From Chloroflexota bacterium (GTDB lineage Bacteria; Chloroflexota; UBA6077; FW602-bin22), in contig SCUE01000028.1 in NCBI GenBank assembly GCA_004297775.1, positions 64,704 to 128,703 of the forward strand: a DNA stretch of 64,000 nucleotides, given 5' to 3'. A model generated the notes under the pieces. It saw only the letters and a list, made by a program, of their open reading frames with translations. It had not been told where the DNA came from and made no database searches. The translations under genes were made by a program, and so were the position numbers. This document shows, in pieces, positions 38,895-45,925 of the stretch (position 1 is the stretch's first letter; every line of letters starts with the position of its first letter).

Positions 38895-40469
38895 TCAGGC
38901 GGCGAGGACGCGAGCGCGGAGAAGCGCGATCGCCGCTCGGCCATACCCCTGGCGCTTGATGAGCTTCACTTTGTGGATGTAGCCCTCGACGGGACCATTG
39001 GACCACGGCAGTGTCAGCGCCGCGTCAACGGCGGCTCGATCGGCCGCGATCCCGTTGTCGAGCGCGACGAACGAAGGTAGACCGCTCTGCCGTGCGCATG
39101 CGATCCACGGGTCGAGGTCTGCCACATCGCGGCGACGCAAGACGGCCCGGAAGGTCGTGAGCAAGTCGTACCCGATCGCCAGATCGCGATGGGTATCGAG
39201 AATGACGGCAAGCGCAATCGTCTCATCGGAGCCGAGTAACTCGGGTGGGCGCAGACAGAGCCAGCGCGCTGACAAGCGGCGCATCGTACCGCACGCGCGG
39301 GGCGGTGCCCGTGGTGGTCGCCACGGTCGGAGCGCTTGGCGGAGCAATGACGCACTGCCGCCGTACTCCTGGGCGAGAATCTCGCGATAGAGTTGACTCA
39401 TGTTGTGGCATCCGGCTTGCCACCGATCGCGCAGGTACGCCGCGAAGGGATGGAGCGTCGGTGATGCCAACGGCGGCGGGCGAGGGGCCACGATCTGATT
39501 GCGCGGCGGCAATGGGGAGGCAAGGAGACCGCGCACCGTGCGTCGCTCGATGCCAACCACGGCCGCGATGCGCCGGATGCTCAGACCGTCGGCTCGAAGC
39601 GCGTGGGTTCGCTCCCATCTCTCGATGCGTGCCGCGCGTCGATCGGCGTCTCGCTGTGCGGTGGCGCTCCGTGGACGCGCCGCCGGCGTCACTCCCGCGC
39701 GCGACGCGCATGCCCGCGTCACGTCGAGAAGGCGGCGTCGACCACGGATCAGCTCGTCGAACGCGGCGCTGGCGTTCCGGGCGAGATGAAAACGATCCGC
39801 GACCTGGACGGCGTTCGGCGCGCCGAGCCGGGCTCCCTCGGCATAGGCCGTCGAACGATCACGAACGATGACCTCGACTCCGGGATGATCGCGCAGCCCG
39901 GTCGCAAGCACGTCCGCGTCACGTCCGGCCAGAAGGTCAACTGGGCGATGTGTCTCCCGGTCCATGAGCAAGGTCGCATAGCGGTTCCCGCGCCGAAGAG
40001 CCAGATCATCGACACCGAGAACACGCGGTGTCTCGTCGGACAGGGCCACTGATCGTTGCCGGCGCAGAAGGGTGTCGGCACTGATCTGAATGCCGACGGT
40101 GATCGCAAAGCGCGCGCCGGCTTCAGCGCCGATCAGTCGGACGACGGCGAGCAGGAACGCGGTGACGTCCTCCGTCCGCTGCCCGCGTGGACGCAGACCA
40201 GACCCGAGATCCTCGGCGAACGTCGCGCGCGGGCAGCTCGCTTCGCCGCAGCGAAAACGGCGCACTTGGATCGCCAGCGAGACCGACCGGCCACGCCACG
40301 GCAGGTCGGCCGGACGTCGCACGTATCGATCGTGAACGCGCTGGCTCGGTATCCCGCAGGTTGGACATCGCACTGTTCTCGATACACTGACGGCGTCCAG
40401 CCGAATACCATCACCCTCGACCACGATCCGCTGGATGACCAGCCGCGATCCGATACCCGCGATATCCAT
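38895..40469 (-). CDS. ISL3-family transposase
   Basis: N-terminal zf-ISL3 (VRCPTCGIPSQRVHDRYVRRPADLPWRGRSV...RRFRCGEASCPRATFAE). C-terminal SNGPVEGYIHKVKLIKRQGYGRAAIALLRARVL. Confidence 0.9.
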   Translation of the reverse strand: MDIAGIGSRLVIQRIVVEGDGIRLDAVSVSRTVRCPTCGIPSQRVHDRYVRRPADLPWRGRSVSLAIQVRRFRCGEASCPRATFAEDLGSGLRPRGQRTEDVTAFLLAVVRLIGAEAGARFAITVGIQISADTLLRRQRSVALSDETPRVLGVDDLALRRGNRYATLLMDRETHRPVDLLAGRDADVLATGLRDHPGVEVIVRDRSTAYAEGARLGAPNAVQVADRFHLARNASAAFDELIRGRRRLLDVTRACASRAGVTPAARPRSATAQRDADRRAARIERWERTHALRADGLSIRRIAAVVGIERRTVRGLLASPLPPRNQIVAPRPPPLASPTLHPFAAYLRDRWQAGCHNMSQLYREILAQEYGGSASLLRQALRPWRPPRAPPRACGTMRRLSARWLCLRPPELLGSDETIALAVILDTHRDLAIGYDLLTTFRAVLRRRDVADLDPWIACARQSGLPSFVALDNGIAADRAAVDAALTLPWSNGPVEGYIHKVKLIKRQGYGRAAIALLRARVLAA

Positions 40470-40515
40470 CGGACACCCCCATCACGTGTCCGACCGTACG
40501 CCGACTGCCGGCTTA

Positions 40516-40541
40516 ACTTCCCATAACATGCGGGAGAGCCA
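40516..40541. repeat. IS terminal inverted repeat (right)
   Basis: ACTTCCCATAACATGCGGGAGAGCCA, the reverse complement of 38833-38858. Confidence 0.9.
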
Positions 40542-40575
40542 ACTTTCAGACGAAATCGACAACCATGGCGTGACG

Positions 40576-40875
40576 ATGGCCTGTGGCGTCTGCGGACGGC
40601 CGTTCGTGCTGGCGGGGCGGCGCCGCTTCTCCTCGGATGCCTGCCGCCAAACGGCCTGGCGCCGACGCCATCCACCGGCGCTGGCGCCGATGCCGACCCG
40701 ATCGTCGCGACCGACGACGGTCTACGTGTGCCCATCCTGCGACGCACGCTACCTGGGCGAGCAGCGCTGCCCCGATTGCCAGCTCTTCTGTCGCCGCGTC
40801 GGCCCCGGCGGACTCTGCCCCCGCTGCGACGAGCCGTCGCCGTCGCCGATCTCCATCGCCGACGACAGGAGGTGA
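40576..40875 (+). CDS. small Cys-rich (multi zinc-ribbon) protein
   Basis: MACGVCGRPF...SSDACRQTAWRRRH...YVCPSCDARYLGEQRCPDCQLFCRRVGPGGLCPRCDE. Repeated CxxC pairs. ATG 40576 lies inside a longer track ORF. Confidence 0.45.
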   Translation: MACGVCGRPFVLAGRRRFSSDACRQTAWRRRHPPALAPMPTRSSRPTTVYVCPSCDARYLGEQRCPDCQLFCRRVGPGGLCPRCDEPSPSPISIADDRR

Positions 40876-40911
40876 CCCCACCGCAAACCCGCTATGCTCC
40901 ACCCGCGCGAT

Positions 40912-40955
40912 GGTCAACTATTCCGTGATCGCCCCGGTCAACTTTTGCGTGATCG
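40912..40955. repeat. tandem 20-bp direct repeat (18/20 identical, 24-bp period)
   Basis: GGTCAACTATTCCGTGATCG (40912-40931) and GGTCAACTTTTGCGTGATCG (40936-40955). Confidence 0.8.
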
Positions 40956-41180
40956 AACACAGATCCGGCCCATCAGGTTCCCGAGCCCTTCTATCATGAG
41001 ATTTAGACCGCTCGTCCATAAGGCCTGTACGTCGGGACGAGCCCGCAGGTGCAAAGAGGTCGTCTGTGCCTCGCCGGAGGGTATCGAGCGCTGCTGCGGA
41101 CCGGACGGATTCTCCTGCCTCCTGCCACGCGCAAGCGCGAGGCCGATCAGCAAACCGACGCCTATCCAGAGCACTCGCAT
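40938..41180 (-). CDS. possible 80-aa membrane-anchored protein downstream of the JAB-E1 gene
   Basis: MRVLWIGVGLLIGLALARGRRQ... gives one N-terminal TM helix. Third-position GC drops in the 3' half, so coding status is doubtful. Confidence 0.2.
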   Translation of the reverse strand: MRVLWIGVGLLIGLALARGRRQENPSGPQQRSIPSGEAQTTSLHLRARPDVQALWTSGLNLMIEGLGNLMGRICVRSRKS

Positions 41181-41325
41181 CCGCCCGATATGAAACCGAA
41201 TCGTTCCTGCGGTTGCAAGCCTTATGTCTAGAGAGGCGTGGCGGGTTCTCCCGCCGCCCGACCTCGGCCGCCATTTCTGCGGCGAACATGGCCCGCGCCT
41301 AATCGGACGCCAGCCGAGCCCAAAA

Positions 41326-42681
41326 CTACAGAAAACAGAGCGCCGCGGTGTCGCCCAGGCCGAGCACTTGGCGGCAGCGGCACGTTTCCTTCGGCTCGGT
41401 CGGCTTCGTCTCCGCGGCGTCGCCGAAGAAGCCGTCGAACCAGTAGCCGGAAGGGGCGTCCTCACCGTCCTCGGCGAGGAGTGTCAGGAGCGCGCACGTC
41501 GTCATGCCGCTGCCTAGAACGGTGAGGGCTATGGCGCTGGGCGCGGGCTCGCGGACGCCGTCCACCGTGTAACCCTCGCGCCGGCGCCGCTCGAACTCGG
41601 CGGCAGGGAGGTTCTCGTCGCGGATCACGTCGCTGTTGACCACCCCGCGGCACCAGAAGCATGGCGTGGTCGGCGTCAAGACGCGCACCTCCGTGACCAG
41701 GCCGTTCAGCAGGTTCCCGGCGCGGGATCCCGCGCGGACGCCCGCGTCGACCACCGGCAGGAAATAGGCGCTCATCAGGTCGTTAAGCGATGCGCGGCTC
41801 CCGTGCGTGTCGGTCCCGTTCAGCACCACGTCCGCGTCGAGGAGCTTGCGGGCAACGGCCTCGCATCGGACGTCCGCGGCCACGCGCTCGATTCGCGGAC
41901 CGAGCTCCATCTGATCGAGGTGGTCGGCGACGACGTCAACCTTGCGCGGCGCCGGCGAAACCTCGAGGTGGCGGGCGGTCGAACCGAAAACGCGCCGCGC
42001 GTTCGAGGGCGTGTCCAGCACATCGGGATCGACGAGCTTGTTCCCTGCCACACCCATGCGTTGCACCTGTTCTGCGTTGGTCGAGCCCAGGCCGCCTGAG
42101 CCGACGACTGCGACGTGCAGGTGGCGAAGCCGGTCGTGAACAACCCCCAGCGCGTCGCGCTGCCGAGCGTCGAGAGGTGAGTCGGTGACCTGGGGCAGTG
42201 GGCTCAGGAAGCGGAGGGTCCGCCCGATGCTCTGGACGCGATCGACGTGGCGGTACCCGCCGGCCGTCCAGACCGCCGCAGACCAACCCGAGGGGTGGAC
42301 TACCGCGACCGCGAACGGGCCGTCGATGATCGGTGAGACCGTGCGACCGAGCGCGGCGAACGCTACCTCGTCGACAGGGCTAAGGCCGGGCGGGTGAAGC
42401 GCGTTCGGGTGGGAGTGGACGAAGAGCAGCCCCGCCTTGGCGGTCACCGCCCGGCTGACGGCCTCGGAGACCCACCGCGCCGACGGCCGGAGAGTGTCGG
42501 GACCTTGCGCCTCCCAAGCGTCCGGTGGCGTGGCGAGCACCGCGGGCACGATCAGCCGCGTCCCTCGCTCGCCGCGGCCCTCGCGCAGGACGCAGAACGC
42601 CCCTTCCTCGTTCGGCGCGCTGCGCGCGAGTTGGCTCTCAAGGGCGCGCGCGACACGGTCCAGCAGGACGAGCCGGATCAT
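41326..42681 (-). CDS. fusion protein: N-terminal JAB/MPN (JAMM) metalloisopeptidase + C-terminal ThiF/E1-like adenylyltransferase
   Basis: JAMM-type motif EEGAFCV...FVHSHPNALHPPGLSPVDE (E...HxH...SxxD). E1 nucleotide loop HVAVVGSGGLGS and KLVDPDVLDTPSNARR. Cys pairs TPCFWCRG and ETCRCR. ATG overlaps the upstream stop (ATGA, 42678-42681). Confidence 0.85.
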   Translation of the reverse strand: MIRLVLLDRVARALESQLARSAPNEEGAFCVLREGRGERGTRLIVPAVLATPPDAWEAQGPDTLRPSARWVSEAVSRAVTAKAGLLFVHSHPNALHPPGLSPVDEVAFAALGRTVSPIIDGPFAVAVVHPSGWSAAVWTAGGYRHVDRVQSIGRTLRFLSPLPQVTDSPLDARQRDALGVVHDRLRHLHVAVVGSGGLGSTNAEQVQRMGVAGNKLVDPDVLDTPSNARRVFGSTARHLEVSPAPRKVDVVADHLDQMELGPRIERVAADVRCEAVARKLLDADVVLNGTDTHGSRASLNDLMSAYFLPVVDAGVRAGSRAGNLLNGLVTEVRVLTPTTPCFWCRGVVNSDVIRDENLPAAEFERRRREGYTVDGVREPAPSAIALTVLGSGMTTCALLTLLAEDGEDAPSGYWFDGFFGDAAETKPTEPKETCRCRQVLGLGDTAALCFL

Positions 42682-43067
42682 CGGACGTCCGCCAGCCGCG
42701 CCTCGAAGAACGCGAAGTGGTCGAGGAGCGGGTTACCGTCGACGCGCCATACGCCATTGCGGTGCCAGCTAAACCGACGCCAGGCCCGGCCCAGGTATTG
42801 CTCGATCGAATCCGCGTTCTGCGGGACCGAGCCATCCGGCTGGACGACTTCCCGCTCGACCCAGAACATGTCCATCGACGACAGCGGATACTGCTTGTCG
42901 CCGATGAACAGCACGTCGCTCGCAGCGACCGCGAAGCGCCCCTGCGGGAGAGAGACCTTCGACAGGAGGACGAACAGCCGGTCGCCCTCCTCAAGAACCT
43001 CGGCATCGGCGCTTAACGCGGCCGCGAGTTCGGCGGCGTGGAGCCGGAGCACGTCAATGGCGGCCAC
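42678..43067 (-). CDS. E2/UBC-like protein (prokaryotic E2 family-E-like) containing no cysteine
   Basis: 129 aa. GDKQYPLSSMDMFWV and WRRFSWHRNGVWRVDGNPLLDHFAFFEARL resemble the flap and active-site region of prokaryotic E2-like proteins that accompany multiubiquitin/E1/JAB genes. Lies between the Ubl and JAB-E1 genes with a 3-nt gap and a 4-nt overlap. Confidence 0.6.
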   Translation of the reverse strand: MAAIDVLRLHAAELAAALSADAEVLEEGDRLFVLLSKVSLPQGRFAVAASDVLFIGDKQYPLSSMDMFWVEREVVQPDGSVPQNADSIEQYLGRAWRRFSWHRNGVWRVDGNPLLDHFAFFEARLADVR

Positions 43068-43070
43068 CGG

Positions 43071-43331
43071 TTAGGCCCCGAACGTGCGGTCGCCGGGAAT
43101 CACGCGGTAGTGGTCGCCATTCTTCAGCTGGAGCGCCAGGTCCCACATGATCAGCTGGCCGCCCGTGGGGTCGCCCTCACCTTGGAGCTTCAGGAGGTCC
43201 CACTTCTTGCCCTCGAAGCCGGCGCGCTCGAGGAGGTCAGCCCCGGTGAGTTCGATGACGTCGAGATTGAGCCTGCGCCTATTGACGAAGACGTGAACAG
43301 CCGTGCCTGTTCGCCCAGTTGCCGTGCTCAT
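43071..43331 (-). CDS. single-domain ubiquitin-like beta-grasp protein (Multiubiquitin-family-like)
   Basis: 86 aa from ATG 43331, preceded by AAGGGAGAT. AVHVFVNRRRLNLDVIELTGADLLERAGFEGKKWDLLKLQ...LALQLKNGDHYRVIPGDRTFGA. The longer track ORF (to 43502) adds an Arg/Ser/Ala-rich, non-coding-looking extension. Confidence 0.65.
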   Translation of the reverse strand: MSTATGRTGTAVHVFVNRRRLNLDVIELTGADLLERAGFEGKKWDLLKLQGEGDPTGGQLIMWDLALQLKNGDHYRVIPGDRTFGA

Positions 43332-43505
43332 CGCTCCGATCTCCCTTGTTGCGAAACTCGGGAGTGCAGACCGTGCTGACGAGCAGCTCGGCTCGCTACT
43401 CCCTACCACGAGGAAAACCGGCGATCGGGCGGGCGCTTCCAAGCCAGGCCTGCTTCGTCGGCTATGGCGGCCCAAGTCCGCGGCTCGCGCGGCCGCGGTC
43501 ATCGC

Positions 43506-44513
43506 CTAGCGACGGCAGGTACCGCAGAGGCCGTCCTTCCACGTCCGCAAGGGCACGAGGAGGTTGCACTTGGAACAGCGCGCCTGCGCTCGTCTGCGCA
43601 GCTCGCAGTCGCACTTGCCGCAGTACCGGCATGGGGACTGCCCGCAGTCGGAGCAGGGAAAGGACGTCGACTCGCCCTCCCGGCCGCACGTGCGGCAGCG
43701 GACGAACGTCGAGAAGCTGACCCGCCGTCGCTCCGTGGGTACGGTCACGTGCAGATTCTCGATGCCCCACAGGTCGGCCTCGGCGAGGATCGCGAAGCCG
43801 TAGCGAGCGTCGGCGCACGCGTCCAACCAGTACTCATGCTGCTCGCCGTCCCCGAACGGCCACCACGAACGCGTCCTGAGCCGGCCGTTCGGCCGGAGCC
43901 GAAGCAACGCGTGACCAGGCGGGATAGGGTCAGCGCGCCAGGGCGCGGGGCGAGTGTCGGCCCGGCGCGCCGCGAAGGTCACCTGCCTTTGCCTGAGATG
44001 TACGACGGCAGCAAAGCCCAGGCAGCCGAGCTGCTCGGCGATAGCGATGGCGCAGACCTCCCGTGAGGCCACCGACCGGTTGAAGAGGTCGAGGATGTGG
44101 GCTGCCGAGGGCCGTTCTCCCCGCATCACCGCCGCCATCTTCGACGCGGGGAGGAGCAGCGCGGCTGCGACTCGGTCGCACACTTCCTCCACCGCGCGCT
44201 CTGGATCACGGCGATCCGCTGCCCAGTTCCAAACCCGGTCGTCCTCCTCGGCGAGGAAGTGTCCGAGTTCACGCAGGAGGGTGAAGTTCTCCCGATTGGA
44301 GCCGGGGGTAGCGGCAAACAGTATTCGTTTGTCGCGTAGGAATGACATCCCGTCGCACGCACCGCCGTGGCCGCGCGTGGGCGGTGCGGATACCTCTTGG
44401 AGCGTCAAGCCGAAGCGGCTCCTGAGCGCGCCGCGGGGATCGTCCGCGAGCAGAGCCCGCTGTTGAGGCTCGAGCGGCGCGATCAGTTGTTCCGCGAGCG
44501 CGCTGGCGGTCAA
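43506..44513 (-). CDS. ImmA/IrrE (DUF955, M78)-like protein with RELGH in place of HExxH, plus C-terminal 12-Cys multi-zinc-ribbon tail
   Basis: NFTLLRELGHFLAEED aligns by eye with the F-T-L-x-H-E-x-G-H peptidase motif. Tail CRTC..CSDC..CRYC..CDC..CSKC..CGTC. TTG start overlaps the upstream TGA (TTGA). Confidence 0.65.
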   Translation of the reverse strand: MTASALAEQLIAPLEPQQRALLADDPRGALRSRFGLTLQEVSAPPTRGHGGACDGMSFLRDKRILFAATPGSNRENFTLLRELGHFLAEEDDRVWNWAADRRDPERAVEEVCDRVAAALLLPASKMAAVMRGERPSAAHILDLFNRSVASREVCAIAIAEQLGCLGFAAVVHLRQRQVTFAARRADTRPAPWRADPIPPGHALLRLRPNGRLRTRSWWPFGDGEQHEYWLDACADARYGFAILAEADLWGIENLHVTVPTERRRVSFSTFVRCRTCGREGESTSFPCSDCGQSPCRYCGKCDCELRRRAQARCSKCNLLVPLRTWKDGLCGTCRR

Positions 44514-45850
44514 GGCGACCAGGACTCCATGTGCTCAAGCACCCATCCCTCCCACTCATCGTCTGTCATCTCGCCCCTGCTGCGCAGCGGTGCGGCCATC
44601 ATGGCGGCTGCCAGGCTATTTTGCAGTTGGCGCATCTGGTTTCCGGTCGACCGAGCGCGTTCTTCGATTCGCGCCATGATGCGCGGCCGGCGCAAGAGCG
44701 CCATGAAGCGTTCCTGCCGCCCGATCTGGGTGCCGCTGCGGATGTCCTCCACGCCCACGGCTAGGGTCCTGGCGATCGCCTCAGCGACACTGCGCTCGAG
44801 CTGGGCGGCGGAGTCCCGCTCGAGATCAAACACTTGCTTCGCGTTAAAGGGGTAGCCAGTCTTAGTCAAGAGCGCCGCGACTTCACCGACCTGCAGGTGC
44901 CGTCGTTGGCGCGCACGCCGAAGGGCCGTTCCACTAACCAGCACGAAACGCTCGCCGTCGGATGAACCTGCCTCGATGGCAGCCGCTTCGTCGCCGGGAG
45001 GCGCCGTGTCGGCGAACTCCCTCCGAGCCGACCTCGCCTCCGGCGCAGCTTCGGCCTGCCTACCTTGAGTCGCCGGCCCGCCTAATGCTAGGCGCAGCAG
45101 CGGCTGACGCAGGTACCCGCACGCATCGCTGTCACGCTCCTGAAACTCCAAACGCGGATCGTCTCGTCCCACCATCGCAGGCCCGACCCGACCTACCAAC
45201 CCCGTCAGGTCGACTTGAGCACCCACGTGCGCTTCGTACGCCAGCGTCAACGCCGGCTTCAGGGACTCGGCGAGCGCGCCGACCTTGCGGTTGAGCTGGG
45301 TGCTCAGCATCGGGACCTCGTTCCAAACCTCGACCATAAAGGGGAATGGAAGGGAGCTCTCAAACTCTCCCACCAACAGGTCTAGGTCCGAGCAGTAGTC
45401 GGTCTCCGTCGAGACGGGGGCGACATTGATCGCTCGGCCGAACGACCCATAGGACTTCCCTTCGGCCACGAGCACGACCACCAGGCGTGGCACAAGATCC
45501 GGATCGTCGACCTGGCCCCCGGACCGCTCAGAGACGCGGGTGGACCACACGTCGGCGAAGCAGGCAACTGACGGTTGGGGCGAAGACAGGGCCTCCCGAA
45601 AGCGGGCCGCCCGAATTCCGGACACTCGCCGGATATCGTCCGGCACTTCCGGCCGCTGCGTTCCTAAGTACGGCGCCGGCTGATGAGTTCCTTCGCTCAT
45701 ACGTCGCAACGCATCTGCACAGACCGGGCAGGTGGCTATGTGATTCTCGGCTGCGGCGGAACCCAGAGAGTCGATCCGTCCCTCGAGGTATTCGAGCAGA
45801 TCGAGAGTGGGTGGGCAGGTCGGATAGGTGCCCTCGCGTTCCGTCATCAT
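44510..45850 (-). CDS. fusion of an N-terminal zf-HC2 anti-sigma-factor motif, an uncharacterised central region and a C-terminal XRE-type HTH
   Basis: CPPTLDLLEYLEGRIDSLGSAAAENHIATCPVCADAL (H-x3-C-x2-C). C-terminal LRRARQRRHLQVGEVAALLTKTGYPFNAKQVFDLERD. No obvious TM helix. Confidence 0.65.
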   Translation of the reverse strand: MMTEREGTYPTCPPTLDLLEYLEGRIDSLGSAAAENHIATCPVCADALRRMSEGTHQPAPYLGTQRPEVPDDIRRVSGIRAARFREALSSPQPSVACFADVWSTRVSERSGGQVDDPDLVPRLVVVLVAEGKSYGSFGRAINVAPVSTETDYCSDLDLLVGEFESSLPFPFMVEVWNEVPMLSTQLNRKVGALAESLKPALTLAYEAHVGAQVDLTGLVGRVGPAMVGRDDPRLEFQERDSDACGYLRQPLLRLALGGPATQGRQAEAAPEARSARREFADTAPPGDEAAAIEAGSSDGERFVLVSGTALRRARQRRHLQVGEVAALLTKTGYPFNAKQVFDLERDSAAQLERSVAEAIARTLAVGVEDIRSGTQIGRQERFMALLRRPRIMARIEERARSTGNQMRQLQNSLAAAMMAAPLRSRGEMTDDEWEGWVLEHMESWSP

Positions 45851-45925
45851 CGTCCTCCGTATATGGCTAGACCGTCAAACACGTGCTCAATCTCAGGTTT
45901 CCAAGCGGGCAGGGGCCCTACCGCT

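Larger units (their letters stand above)
38833..40541 (-). mobile_element. ISL3-family insertion sequence
   Basis: Perfect 26-bp terminal inverted repeats flank a single ISL3 transposase gene. An imperfect extension of the repeats reaches 38817 and 40557. Confidence 0.85.

Noticed and set aside
38809-40565. 8-bp target-site duplication for the ISL3 element.
   Set aside because: The flanking octamers differ for both possible IR boundaries. What first looked like a repeat (GATTTCG / CGAAATC) is inverted and is better read as an outer extension of the IRs.
41326-43331. Possibility that the Ubl/E2/JAB-E1 genes are the Cap2/Cap3 accessory module of a type II CBASS system.
   Set aside because: No CD-NTase/cyclase or CBASS effector gene is present anywhere in the window. 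E1 is fused to JAB rather than to E2. A free Ubl gene is present.
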